DNA of 64,000 bases from Myxococcota bacterium (lineage in GTDB: Bacteria > Myxococcota_A > UBA796 > UBA2385). The notes under the pieces were generated by a model. It made no database searches, had not been told where the DNA came from, and worked only from the letters and a program-made list of their open reading frames with translations. The position numbers and the translations under genes are program-made. Positions 54,261-64,000 of the stretch are shown one piece after another; within the stretch, counting starts at the first letter, position 1, and each line of letters opens with the position of its first letter. The stretch is taken from the NCBI GenBank assembly GCA_044344255.1, contig JBIJDH010000006.1:64001-128000 (forward strand). Reading direction: 5' to 3'.

Positions 54261-54356
54261 GGCGCAGGCCGGCCCGGATGCGCGCGAGTGGCAGGCTCTG
54301 AATGCTCGGTGGTCGGCGCCTGCGTCACCCCGGCGCGGCTCCGGCACCGCTGGAGG

Positions 54357-54815
54357 TCACCCGTCGGACGGGCAGCCATCCTGGAGCGCGGCCCAGGTGG
54401 TGTTGTACGCGAGGTTGTTCGCTATTACCTCATTATCCGCGTACAACCACATGAAGGAGTCGGTGGTCGGCCCTGCCTCCGCCACGTCCTGAAGCGTGAA
54501 GGTGGCGGTCGTGCAGTCCGTCGTCCCGGCCACGTAGGCCTGGATCACGCTGCGCCGGGTGGCCGCGAGGCGGATCGCGTCGTTGACCTGGCGGAGGCCG
54601 TTGCAGGCCACGTAGAGCGTCACCGGCCCCAGGGTGCCGCAGATGATCGCGGCCTTGTCGTGCAGGGGGTTGAAGCTGGACACGTAGGCTTCGTAGGCGC
54701 TGAGGGCCTTGCTGCGGGACGCGGCGGCCGGGTCGAAGCTGACGCTGATCGCGCTCGCGGTGCGCGGGGCGGCGGACAGGGCGAGGAAGGCGATGAGCAG
54801 GGCGTTGCGGGTCAT
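54357..54815 (-). CDS. Hypothetical secreted protein
   Basis: 152-aa ORF from MTRNALLIAFLAL with signal peptide ending ASA; 4 Cys. Confidence 0.65.
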   Translation of the reverse strand: MTRNALLIAFLALSAAPRTASAISVSFDPAAASRSKALSAYEAYVSSFNPLHDKAAIICGTLGPVTLYVACNGLRQVNDAIRLAATRRSVIQAYVAGTTDCTTATFTLQDVAEAGPTTDSFMWLYADNEVIANNLAYNTTWAALQDGCPSDG

Positions 54816-55330
54816 TCGAGGCTCCGAGGCGGCTGAGGTTGCCTTCCTCGGACGCACGGGCCATGCCGAGGAGATACTCGGCATTCGTCCGTAGGCGCAT
54901 CGGGAGTACCGTCTTCCGGAGACGTTGTTGCGTCTCCTGACTACGCCGACCGTCGCTGACCGTCGCCGACTCGAAGACCGAGAGCGCAAGCGACCGCATT
55001 GCATCTCCAGCAGTGCCCGGAGAACGTGCTGAAGGCCCCGGAGCGGGTGACCTGCATCCGGGGACCTCGCAGGCCTTGTGGAGGTGGCCCGCCTGGCGCT
55101 CTGGGACCGGGTGGTCTTCGACGAAAGGTGACGAAGACCCGTCCCCTTCCACGGCGCCTTCTTCGGCAGGGGCTTCAGACCGGTGCCAACCCCTTGCACA
55201 GGTTGTCGGCCGCAAGGTAGCGTGGCGAAGTGGAGTCCAGCCGACCGCGTTCATCCTACCAATTCCCTGCCCGGCAGGATGGCAATCGGCTGACAGTGAT
55301 GGTATTCGAAGGCCTCTCCGTGGAGCTCTC

Positions 55331-56332
55331 ATGACCCCAAGGCTCATCCCCACCTCTCTGCTGTTGATGGCGCTCAGCTGCTCGGGCGGCAAGGGAGGCC
55401 AGGAAGGCGATCGAGACGGTTCGACGAACGAAGGAGAGGGCGGCGACGGTACAGAGTCGGACGCTGACTCCGATGCTGACACGGACGCTGACTCCGATGC
55501 CGACACCGATGCCGACACCGATGCGGATACCGATGCCGATGCAGATTCCGTCCCGTCGGAGTACATCAACACGACAGTCTCTCCAGCGGGCGACCTCTCC
55601 TGCTTTGACGGCAGCAGCTGGGCCTCCGATACGATCGACCCAGACTGTGTGGGCTCGCTCCTCCTCGACGCCACGGCGGTAGATTTTGAGATGGGCGACG
55701 CGGTCGGCGGGGCCGATGTGGACTTCTTTTGGAACGATGACCCTTCCGGCACGGCAGACCTCCACCTCGTCTCCGACTCTACTGGCGGCCTGGAGGCCGA
55801 CGCCCCCTCCTGCACGCCGATCGCCTGGACGCTCAGCACCGAGGATGGTGAGACCGTCCATACGAGCGCGCAGCACTTCCTGTCTCCCGAGGCGGAGGAG
55901 CGGGTAGATCTGGACATCATCGGCACGACGACATGGGCCATCATCCCCGCCCTCATCGGTGTTGAGGTAGAGGAGGGATACGGGGTCATCGCGGGCCGGG
56001 CCGTGGATTGTGAAGGCGACCCTATCGCAGGCGCCCAGGTGCTCTTTCGCCTGGAGGATGGGGGCGTGCCTTCGGACCCCTCTGTCCACTATTTCGTCGA
56101 CGAATTCCCAAACCGGACGCAGGCCGAGACCTCCGACGATGGGCTCTGGTTAATCCTGAACGCTCCTCCGGGTGCGGGAGCCGTGGAGATGTACACCTGG
56201 AATGGGGGAGGCCATACCCTCCAGGGCAGAGCCAATGTGGTGGTCCAGGCCGGTGGGTTTTTGACGGTGGACACGTTCACCGGATCCTACACCGGGGTGA
56301 TGGTACCCGACGAGTGTGCCGACTGCCCCTGA
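55331..56332 (+). CDS. Lipoprotein with (DA/DT/DS)n acidic linker and carboxypeptidase-regulatory-like domain
   Basis: ALSC lipobox; DADSDADTDAD repeat; 'G.A.DC.G.PI.GA.V' and 'T..DG.W...N' motifs. Confidence 0.75.
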   Translation: MTPRLIPTSLLLMALSCSGGKGGQEGDRDGSTNEGEGGDGTESDADSDADTDADSDADTDADTDADTDADADSVPSEYINTTVSPAGDLSCFDGSSWASDTIDPDCVGSLLLDATAVDFEMGDAVGGADVDFFWNDDPSGTADLHLVSDSTGGLEADAPSCTPIAWTLSTEDGETVHTSAQHFLSPEAEERVDLDIIGTTTWAIIPALIGVEVEEGYGVIAGRAVDCEGDPIAGAQVLFRLEDGGVPSDPSVHYFVDEFPNRTQAETSDDGLWLILNAPPGAGAVEMYTWNGGGHTLQGRANVVVQAGGFLTVDTFTGSYTGVMVPDECADCP

Positions 56333-56485
56333 GCGCCGTCGATGCGCCGCGTGTGCGGGTGTGCGGGTGCCAGGCTCTGATTTTTGCTCGGTTACGGTGT
56401 AGTGGCCTCTCCGCCTCAAATGAGCGGAGCCCGGCACCAGCGAATGGCACCGACAACTGGCACCGACGAATTGCACCACCACGGT

Positions 56486-58063
56486 CTATCCGCTCCCCTC
56501 CTCCGGACAGGCGCTTTGGGGCGTATAGCTGATCTCCACGCTCGCACCCTCCCCGGCCTCCGAACCCTCGGGGAGGTCCACTTCGTTGCGCACGGAGTCC
56601 CAGCTCCAGTCGCTCCGCTCGACCCCTTCGACGGTCATGAGGATGGTGTCCACGATGGGGAGCTCGGAGAGCGGGAAGGTCCGACCCACCGGGGGTGCCG
56701 AGGTGAGGCCGAGGGTCTCCACCGCCAGGCCAACGTCGTGGGTACAGGAGCTGAGGTAGACGCCCCTGGTGCGCGACACTGCCTCTTCCCAGCTCTGCAT
56801 TGGATTCTCGTTGCACCCGTACTCGGATGAGTCTGGACCAAAGGCCGAAACCACGAGGTCGTCGGGATCGGAGAGGAGGGCTTGGAGGCTGGTGACATGG
56901 CTGATTCCGGCACTCGGCTCAGAGTCCCCCCGGTCATTCATCCCGATCACCGCGAGGCGCCCCCCACGAACCAGGCCCTCATTGCAGCCGCCGGGCCCGA
57001 GCTCGGCCACCGCGCTGTCCACCCTGTTGAAGCAGGTGGTCCCGCAGGACTCCCCGGTGGTCTCCACCATGGCCTCGATGGCGTCGAGCTGATCGAGTCG
57101 GTTCATGGTTTCGTCCACCCAGGGAACCCCAGCCGCGGAGCAACCGTCTCCGTTGGGGATGCTGATTTGATACCGATAGCCGCCCAGGTCGAGCACATCG
57201 AGGAGCAGGTTGGAGTTGAGGAACAGCTGGTAGAGATCGTCTTCCATGGATCCCTCCCGATCCACCGCGAACAGAATATCGACCACTGCCTCGTCTACCA
57301 GAAAGAGGTCCGTGATGCGCGGGCTCATGACCCCGACGAGCACAAGCGGCAGCTCCGCGGTGGTCTGGAAGGGGTCATTCGTCTCGAGGCCGAGTGTCCC
57401 TTCGATCTGCCCGGGAGCGGAGGCCCGGCCGGAGATCATCAGGTTGATGGACTCGCCGGGAGCGATCATCTGTGGCCATTCGGGCGGGCTCGGGAGGCTC
57501 CAGCTCTCCGCCGGAGAGAGCAGATCTCCGTCTATTCGAACCGCCTCCTCCCCATCGTTCCAGACGACGATGCCCGTCTCCGCGCTGCAGCCCCAGCTCA
57601 ACAGCCCGAGGTCGAGGGCGACCGGCTCATAGCGGAGGGGCGGCAAACGACCCTCCCCCTGAATGGGGACGCTGAGCTCCGGCCGGTCGGGGTCATTCGA
57701 ACGGAGGAGGAGGGTGTCCTCGATGATGCCGGCCGTGGTCGGGCTGAAGATCACCTGGAAGCCCAGGGAGGCGCCGCCTTCCAGGGTCCATGCGACGCTG
57801 TCCGACAGGCGGAAGTCGGAGGGTGCAACGAGGAGGGTCGGGGCCTCGATCTCCAACGAAGCTTCCCCGCGGTTGGAGAGCAGGACGGTCTGGACCTTGT
57901 CATAGCCCCAGGCGACCTCGCCGAAGTCGATCGCCTCGGGCTCCACGACGAGGAGCGGCGGCACCGGGCTCGCGGCGCTGTCCAGGCCCCCTGCCCCCTT
58001 CTGGAGGTCTTCGGGGGGCTTGGAGGCGCAGGCGAACAGGGAGAGGAGGAAGAGGGGTCGCAT
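56486..58063 (-). CDS. Lipoprotein with two choice-of-anchor D/Ig-like domains and a vWA-like domain
   Basis: LFAC lipobox; 'P..IDFG.V', 'SNDP..P'; MIDAS-like 'VDILFAVD..GSM'; ATG 58063. Confidence 0.75.
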   Translation of the reverse strand: MRPLFLLSLFACASKPPEDLQKGAGGLDSAASPVPPLLVVEPEAIDFGEVAWGYDKVQTVLLSNRGEASLEIEAPTLLVAPSDFRLSDSVAWTLEGGASLGFQVIFSPTTAGIIEDTLLLRSNDPDRPELSVPIQGEGRLPPLRYEPVALDLGLLSWGCSAETGIVVWNDGEEAVRIDGDLLSPAESWSLPSPPEWPQMIAPGESINLMISGRASAPGQIEGTLGLETNDPFQTTAELPLVLVGVMSPRITDLFLVDEAVVDILFAVDREGSMEDDLYQLFLNSNLLLDVLDLGGYRYQISIPNGDGCSAAGVPWVDETMNRLDQLDAIEAMVETTGESCGTTCFNRVDSAVAELGPGGCNEGLVRGGRLAVIGMNDRGDSEPSAGISHVTSLQALLSDPDDLVVSAFGPDSSEYGCNENPMQSWEEAVSRTRGVYLSSCTHDVGLAVETLGLTSAPPVGRTFPLSELPIVDTILMTVEGVERSDWSWDSVRNEVDLPEGSEAGEGASVEISYTPQSACPEEGSG

Positions 58064-58243
58064 GTCCGTACTACGCCTGGAGACCCCGACCTGTGACGTC
58101 CCGACCACAGGCGGTCCCGCGTCCGGGGGCCAGTCGGCGGGGCGCTTCAGACCAGATCGTCATCTGGCCGTCGAGATACGCGACCGCCGCGGCGGGTGGG
58201 CCGGGCGAGCGCTGCGCATCACGACCGTCGAGGGGACCCGAGC

Positions 58244-61200
58244 TCAGGCCGAGCGGCGCCGCCGGCCGAGCGTGCGGAGGCCGATCAGCGCGCCCAGGAG
58301 CCAGGCGCCGAGGCTCGAGGCGGGGCGCGACGCTGTGACGGCGCAGGCACAACCGCCCTTGCCGTCGCTGGTGCCGCCCTCTTCGGCGGCGCCGTCTGCC
58401 GTGTCCTCCGTGTTGGCGGCGGTGTCTTCGGGGAGGTCGCCGGAGTCATCGTCATTCGACGTGTCCTCGCCGTCACAGTCCTGATCGATCTCGTCTCCGC
58501 CGATCTCGGGCGCCCCCGGCCAGGCGTCGGGGTTGTGGTCATCGCAGTCCCCGGTGGGCTCCTCGGTGGTGGCCACGCCCTCTCCCGCGCAGCTCAGATC
58601 CGCGCTCTCGGCGGTGCTGGTCTCATCGGGGCGGTACCCGTCGTCGTCGAAGTCGAGGAAGCAGAGCTCGAGGCCATCGCAGTCCTGGTCGAGCGCGTCG
58701 TCCACGCCCTCGGCGGCGCCGGGGTTCACGGCTTCGTCCGTGTCCTCACAGTCGGGCTCGGCGGAGGCCGCGGCATAACCCTCGGGCGCCGTACAATCGA
58801 GCGTGCTCCGCGTGGGATCGGTGTAGGTGTCTCCGTCCTGATCGGCAAACCAGTCCACCGCGCCGATGGCGGTGGGGCCGTCCGCCGTGCCGTCGCAGTC
58901 ATTGTCGACGCTGTCGCAGACCTCGGTGGCGTCGGGGTTGACCCCGGCGTCACCGTCGTCACACTCCAAACAGGCCGCGAAGCCATCCGAGTCGGCGTCA
59001 TCGTACGCGACCGAGCCGTCGCAGTTGTAGTCGGTGGGGTCGCTGCAGTCGGTCTCCGACGCGCCCGGGTGAAAGGCAGGGTCGGTGTCGTCGCAGTCCT
59101 CTCCGGGGGCGGAGCCGAGGGCCTCCCCCGGATCTGAACAGTCGAAGTCGAGGGAGTCGACCACGACGTCGGTGTGCCAGCCGTCCCCGTCGCCGTCCGT
59201 ATAACAGAGCTCGCCTTCGTCGCAGTCCTGGTCGATGCCGTCGCCCGTGATCTCCGGTGCGCCCGGATAGACCGTGGCCTGCGTGTCGTCACAGTCCGTG
59301 TCGTCGTCCACGGCGGCCAGGGTCTCGTCGCAGAGCGAGATCGGCGTGGCGGGGTCGCCGAAGGTGTCGGCGTCCGTGTCTACGTAGAAGACGGAGTAGG
59401 TCGCCGCGGAGACCGAGCTGTCGGCGTCGTCGGCCTGACCGTCGCAGTCCTCGTCGGTGTCGGAGGCGTCACAGACCTCCGTGGCGCCGGGGTTCACCGC
59501 CGCGGCGGCGTCATCGCAGTCCGAGCTCGTGGCGGAGTAGCCGCTCGGCAGATCACAGGCGCTGCGGACGGTGGTGCCGCCATACCCATCGCTGTCACTG
59601 TCCTGATACCAGCTGCTCTTTGTGGCCGAGGAGACGGAGCTGTCGGCGTCATCGGCGAGGCCGTCGCAGTCCTCATCGGTGTTGGCGGCGTCACAGACCT
59701 CGGTGGCGCCGGGGTTGATCGCCGCCAGGGTGTCGTCGCAGTCGGTGGCCGTGGTCAGATACCCGGAGGGGATGTCGCAGGTGCTGGTGGTCGAAGTGCC
59801 GGCATACCCGTCGCTGTCGGCGTCGCGGTACCAGGTGCCCTTCGTGGCCGAGGAGACGGAGCTGTCGGCGTCGTCGGACAGGCCGTCACAGTCCTCATCC
59901 GTATTGGAGGCGTCGCAGACCTCGGTGGCGCCGGGGTTGATCGCCGCCTTCGTGTCATCGCAGTCGGTGCTGGTGGTCAAATAGCCGGTGGGCTGGTCAC
60001 AGGTGCTGGTGGTCGTGGTGCCGGCATACCCGTCGGTGTCGGCGTCGCGATACCAGGTGCTCTTCGTGGCCGAGGAGACGGAGCTGTCGGCGTCGTCCGA
60101 CAGGCCGTCGCAGTCCTCATCCGTATTGGAGGCGTCGCAGACCTCGGTGGCGCCGGGGTTGATCGCCGCCTTGGTATCGTCGCAGTCGGTGCTGGTGGTG
60201 AGGTACCCGGAGGGGATGTCGCAGGTGCTGGTGGTCGCGGTGCCGGCGTAGCCGTCGCTGTCGGCGTCGCGATACCAGGTGCCCTTCGTGGCCGAGGAGA
60301 CGGAGCTGTCGGCGTCGTCGGAGAGGCCGTCACAGTCCTCATCCGTATTGGATGCGTCGCAGACCTCGGTGGCGCCGGGGTTGATCGCCGCCTTCGTGTC
60401 GTCGCAGTCCGTGCTGGTGGTGAGGTACCCGGTGGGCATGTCGCAGGTGCTGGTGGTCGTCGTGCCGGCGTAGCCGTCGCTGTCGGCGTCTTGGTACCAG
60501 GTGCCCTTCGTCGCCGAGGAGACGGAGCTGTCGGCGTCGTCGGAGAGGCCGTCACAGTCTTCATCCGTATTGGAGGCGTCGCAGATCTCGGTGGCGCCAG
60601 GGTTGATCGCCGCCTTCGTGTCGTCGCAGTCGGTGCTGGTGGTGAGGTACCCGGAGGGCATGTCGCAGGTGCTGGTGGTCGCGGTGCCCGCGTAGCCGTC
60701 GCTGTCGGCGTCTTGGTACCAGGTGCCCTTTGTGGCCGAGGAGACGGAGCTGTCGGCGTCGTCGGAGAGGCCGTCGCAGTCCTCATCCGTGTTGGATGCG
60801 TCGCAGATCTCGGTGGCGCCGGGGTTGATCGCCGCCTTCGTATCGTCGCAGTCGGTGCTGGTGGTCAGATAGCCGGAGGGCATGTCGCAGGTGCTGGTGG
60901 TCACGGTGCCGGCGTAGCCGTCGCTGTCGGCGTCCTGGTACCAGGTGCCCTTCGTCGCCGAGGAGACGGAGCTGTCTGCGTCGTCCGACAGGCCGTCGCA
61001 GTCCTCGTCTACGTTGGCGGCGTCACAGATCTCGGTGGCGCCGGGGTTGATGGAGGCGTCCGAGTCGTCACAGTCCTCGCTCTCGATGTACCCGTCGCTG
61101 TCCGCGTCTGTCTCGGCGACCCAGACGAGATCGTCCACCACTCCGGAGGCGCCGGTCGCCGTGAAGATCACGTGATCGATGAGGGTGGTGGAGGAGACGG

Positions 61201-62251
61201 AGATGGGCTGGAGGGTGGTGCCGATCGAGATGGAGCTCGAGGTGATCACCCCGCCCGCGCTGTCATAGGCGACGAGGGTGCCGGTCCCCCCTTTATTCGA
61301 CCCCGCGTTGAGGGTCACCGAGGTCGCAGGCGGCGAGAAGGTGAAGGTCTCGGAGAGGCCGGTCGCCGGCCCCCCGTTGTTCCAAGCCAGAAAGTTGGGC
61401 GCTGTGTGGCCCGTTACGCCGAAGTTTCCGCATTCGTTCAAGACCTCGAAGGCGGCCGAGGAGAGCGTCAGACCCACAGAGCTGTAGAAGGTGGCCGGAG
61501 TGGAGGCCGACGAGAAATTGCAGGGCGCCGAGCGATCATCGAAGTTGATCGTGGTGTAGGTCGGGTCAACCTCGATGGGGTATCGGGCGCCCCGGTCGTC
61601 CACCCTCACGCGAAAGCCACCCTCCTCCGCTTCAAAACGAGAGGGCAGGAGCTGGCCATCCGCGTCCCAGGCGAGCAGCCCCGAGACCAGGAGCTGACCG
61701 CCTCCCTCGAGCTGCATGCCGATCTGCTGGGCGCCGACCTGCAGGCTGGCTCCGGTCACCTGAACGCCGAGGCTCAGCTCCCCGCGACCCTCCGGCGCCG
61801 CGGCCAGCGTCCAGCCCTGCTCCAGACCGCCGTCCTTCACGGCCCACCACTCGAGGACCTCGCCGCGCGCCAGCTCCAGCCGAGGGTGGCAGTCGCGGAT
61901 CACACCCTCACAACCTCCGAGCGCGGCGACAGCGGCGCCGGGCTCCACCCCCGCTCCCCCTCGCCCGAAGCCCCCCGGGCGAAGGGAGACCTGCCCGGCC
62001 CCGACATCCAGCAGGACGGCGTCGCCCTCGAAGCGCGCGGTGAACGAGGGCAGCTCTGCGGAGTAGCCGCCGCCCGCGGCGTCGAAGGAGCCGTAGACGG
62101 GCTCTGCCTGGAGCTCGGGGCCGAGGTCGCTGCCGGAGGAGACCCCTGCCTGAACACCGTGAAGCGCTGAGTCTTCGGGGGCCGGAGGCGCGCAGGCCGC
62201 CGCGAGGGCGAGGGGGAGCAGGGAGGACGAGATCAGAGAGATAGATCGCAA
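58244..62251 (-). CDS. Large surface protein with many MopE-type repeats and MYXO-CTERM-like tail
   Basis: TTG 62251 preceded by ggaga; AAAC lipobox-like signal; N-terminal domain ending 'A.YPI.VDP'; tandem Cys/Asp repeats; C-terminal GGCAC...WLLGAL.GL...RRRR. Confidence 0.85.
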   Translation of the reverse strand: MRSISLISSSLLPLALAAACAPPAPEDSALHGVQAGVSSGSDLGPELQAEPVYGSFDAAGGGYSAELPSFTARFEGDAVLLDVGAGQVSLRPGGFGRGGAGVEPGAAVAALGGCEGVIRDCHPRLELARGEVLEWWAVKDGGLEQGWTLAAAPEGRGELSLGVQVTGASLQVGAQQIGMQLEGGGQLLVSGLLAWDADGQLLPSRFEAEEGGFRVRVDDRGARYPIEVDPTYTTINFDDRSAPCNFSSASTPATFYSSVGLTLSSAAFEVLNECGNFGVTGHTAPNFLAWNNGGPATGLSETFTFSPPATSVTLNAGSNKGGTGTLVAYDSAGGVITSSSISIGTTLQPISVSSTTLIDHVIFTATGASGVVDDLVWVAETDADSDGYIESEDCDDSDASINPGATEICDAANVDEDCDGLSDDADSSVSSATKGTWYQDADSDGYAGTVTTSTCDMPSGYLTTSTDCDDTKAAINPGATEICDASNTDEDCDGLSDDADSSVSSATKGTWYQDADSDGYAGTATTSTCDMPSGYLTTSTDCDDTKAAINPGATEICDASNTDEDCDGLSDDADSSVSSATKGTWYQDADSDGYAGTTTTSTCDMPTGYLTTSTDCDDTKAAINPGATEVCDASNTDEDCDGLSDDADSSVSSATKGTWYRDADSDGYAGTATTSTCDIPSGYLTTSTDCDDTKAAINPGATEVCDASNTDEDCDGLSDDADSSVSSATKSTWYRDADTDGYAGTTTTSTCDQPTGYLTTSTDCDDTKAAINPGATEVCDASNTDEDCDGLSDDADSSVSSATKGTWYRDADSDGYAGTSTTSTCDIPSGYLTTATDCDDTLAAINPGATEVCDAANTDEDCDGLADDADSSVSSATKSSWYQDSDSDGYGGTTVRSACDLPSGYSATSSDCDDAAAAVNPGATEVCDASDTDEDCDGQADDADSSVSAATYSVFYVDTDADTFGDPATPISLCDETLAAVDDDTDCDDTQATVYPGAPEITGDGIDQDCDEGELCYTDGDGDGWHTDVVVDSLDFDCSDPGEALGSAPGEDCDDTDPAFHPGASETDCSDPTDYNCDGSVAYDDADSDGFAACLECDDGDAGVNPDATEVCDSVDNDCDGTADGPTAIGAVDWFADQDGDTYTDPTRSTLDCTAPEGYAAASAEPDCEDTDEAVNPGAAEGVDDALDQDCDGLELCFLDFDDDGYRPDETSTAESADLSCAGEGVATTEEPTGDCDDHNPDAWPGAPEIGGDEIDQDCDGEDTSNDDDSGDLPEDTAANTEDTADGAAEEGGTSDGKGGCACAVTASRPASSLGAWLLGALIGLRTLGRRRRSA
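59297..61075 (-). repeat. About 8 tandem 222-bp (74-aa) coding repeats
   Basis: Unit DCDDTKAAINPGATE(I/V)CDASNTDEDCDGLSDDADSSVSSATKGTWY(Q/R)DADSDGYAGT.TTSTCD.PSGYLTTST; central copies nearly identical. Confidence 0.92.
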
Positions 62252-62582
62252 GATATCTCCAAGTACGGCGCGCGGCTTGCGAGTCCCGAGCGGTGTGCCC
62301 TGTCGGGGTCGGACGGGGCGGAGCGCAGGGGATCGCTGAACAACGGGCGTGCACCGGTGAGCGTCAACAAGACCGACCCCAGGAGTACCCTGTCGCCCGC
62401 CGCTGGCCCGCAGCTTGCCACCTCGGCCGCCGCGCGGCAAGGGGGAAGAGAGCCGAGCCCGGCGCTGGACCCGTGGACCTGGACCTGCCGTGGGTCATCG
62501 GCGGGCGCGGGAGCGGGGTCGACGTCTGTCCCGCGCCCTCCGCGGGCTACGCGCGTGGCTATGAGGAGGCCATGGAGGTCTC

Positions 62583-63587
62583 ACGGCGGAGCGTGACGAG
62601 GTCGTCCTGATCACCGGCGCCAGCTCAGGGCTCGGCCTCGCGCTCGCTCGCCTCCTCCTCGCGGAGACCGACCACTTCCTGATCCTCACCGCCCGCCGCG
62701 CCTCCCTGGGGCGCTTCGCCGAGCAAGGCATCGTGGAAGGCGAGCGAGTCTGGATCCGCCCCCTCGACGTCACGGACTCCGGCCAGCGCCGCGCCGTCGT
62801 CGCCGAGGCGGAGGACCTCAAGGGCGGTGTCGACGTCCTGATCAACAACGCGGGGGTCTCGTACCGGGCGGTGGTCGAGCATGTCACCGACGAGGAGCGG
62901 CTGGCCCAGATGGACGTGAACTTCCTCGGCCCGATGGCCATGGCCGGCCTCTGCCTCCGCGGCATGCGCTGGCGGCGGCGGGGCCGGATCATCAACGTCT
63001 CCTCGGTCGGCGGGATGATGGCGATGCCGACGATGGCGGTCTACAGCGCCTCGAAATTCGCGCTCGAGGGGGCGACGGAGTCGATGTGGTATGAGGTCCG
63101 CCCGTGGAACGTGCGGGTGAGCCTCGTTCAGCCAGGCTTCATCCACTCCGAGTCTTTTGAGATGACACGCTACACGGGCGCGAGCCGGCGCTCCTCCGAG
63201 GACCCCCTGCGCTCCTACCACCTGCATTACGTGAACATGGAGCGCTTCATCGCTCGACTGATGCGCCTCTCCTTGGCGACCCCGGAGCGTGTGGCGCGTC
63301 GTATCCTCCGCTGTATGCGACAGAGTGACCCGCCGCTCCGCCTGCCCGGGACGATAGACGCCCACCTCTTTACGCTGCTGCGGCGCCTGCTGCCCCGAAC
63401 TCTCTATCACCGCCTGCTCTATGCCTTCCTCCCCAACGTGCGAGACTGGGGCCCGATCCTCCCGATCCGCAGGCCCGGAATGGCCACCGAACCTGTCCCG
63501 GGTACGCGGCCCGAGACCCTCGATGACTTGCCGCTCGGCCCCGGGAGCCCCGGTCCGCGCGCGCGTACTGACCGGAGGGGCCCTTGA
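62583..63587 (+). CDS. SDR family oxidoreductase (no canonical in-frame start upstream of the Rossmann motif)
   Basis: VLITGASSGLG (from 62604), NNAG, NVSS, YSASK; in-frame TGA at 62562, so the start is ACG 62583 or a frameshift from ATG 62572. Confidence 0.8.
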   Translation, partial: TAERDEVVLITGASSGLGLALARLLLAETDHFLILTARRASLGRFAEQGIVEGERVWIRPLDVTDSGQRRAVVAEAEDLKGGVDVLINNAGVSYRAVVEHVTDEERLAQMDVNFLGPMAMAGLCLRGMRWRRRGRIINVSSVGGMMAMPTMAVYSASKFALEGATESMWYEVRPWNVRVSLVQPGFIHSESFEMTRYTGASRRSSEDPLRSYHLHYVNMERFIARLMRLSLATPERVARRILRCMRQSDPPLRLPGTIDAHLFTLLRRLLPRTLYHRLLYAFLPNVRDWGPILPIRRPGMATEPVPGTRPETLDDLPLGPGSPGPRARTDRRGP

Positions 63588-63709
63588 TGGAGCTTCGAGG
63601 GGACCCTGTCGGAGACCTCCCGCTGCGGCCCCCGCGGGTCGGTTGAGAGGTGCTTTGCCGGAGGCGACGGCGGACGGCGGCGCTTCGACGACCCCGTTAG
63701 GGGGTCTGT

Positions 63710-64000
63710 ATGGCTGAGCGCGCGCCCACGTGGTCGGACGAGTCGGGCCCAGCCGGCGAGGAGGAGCCCGCGTCCGATGTGACGTCGGAGCAAGCGGGCC
63801 GGTACGTCGGCCCGGGCGGCGGTGAGCCCGCGCTGCTCGGGCGCGGCGGGATGGGCGCGGTGCTGCTGGTGTACGACCGGCACCTGGCCCGAGAGGTGGC
63901 CCGAAAGGAGCTGGCGGCTTCGATCGCGGCGCGGGGGCCCTCTTCAGGGTCGGGGAGCAGCCCCACCTTGGTCGATCGGTTCTTGCGGGAGGCGCGGGTG
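63710..64000 (+). CDS. Ser/Thr protein kinase, 5' part (runs off the window)
   Basis: 'LLGRGGMGAV..VYD.HL.REVA.K' ... 'RFLREARV'. Confidence 0.85.
   Translation, partial: MAERAPTWSDESGPAGEEEPASDVTSEQAGRYVGPGGGEPALLGRGGMGAVLLVYDRHLAREVARKELAASIAARGPSSGSGSSPTLVDRFLREARV

Noticed and set aside
59297..61075. Possible CRISPR array or non-coding repeat
   Set aside because: 222-bp units are in-frame coding repeats with synonymous variation; no unique spacers and no cas genes
1..64000. tRNA/rRNA genes or prophage
   Set aside because: No cloverleaf/T-loop signatures, rRNA-like segments, integrase or phage structural genes recognised by eye

Overview
High-GC bacterial window with a Myxococcota/'deltaproteobacterial' gene repertoire: Hanks-type Ser/Thr kinases, a MYXO-CTERM-like sorting tail, MopE-type repeat proteins and a TonB-fused receptor. 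It holds about 47 protein-coding genes; I see no rRNA, tRNA or CRISPR array. The most interesting element is a five-gene, translationally coupled minus-strand operon (8208->3818). It encodes a His/Met-rich putative metal-binding lipoprotein, a putative partner protein, a DUF692/MNIO enzyme, a TPM-like membrane protein and a 402-aa protein ending in a Gly/Ser/Asp tail with three SSC motifs. This is a candidate undescribed MNIO peptide/protein-modification system, possibly copper-related. Other notable items: (i) a ferritin-like diiron/SxtJ-like fusion in an operon with a carbamoyltransferase and a DUF5989 protein, divergent from TetR and a TPST-like sulfotransferase; (ii) a ~5-kb signalling islet (deleted ISAs1 element, histidine kinase, response regulator, REC-adenylate cyclase, decayed cNMP-binding gene) between two diverged copies of a radical-SAM gene 3' end; (iii) three tandem integrin-like/MopE-repeat lipoprotein paralogues with variable Tyr-rich loops, divergent from a TonB-dependent receptor; (iv) a Septu/PtuAB-like ATPase+HNH defence pair with no retron RT in the window; (v) a giant surface protein with about eight 74-aa repeats. 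All family calls come from motifs recognised by eye; no database searches were run.
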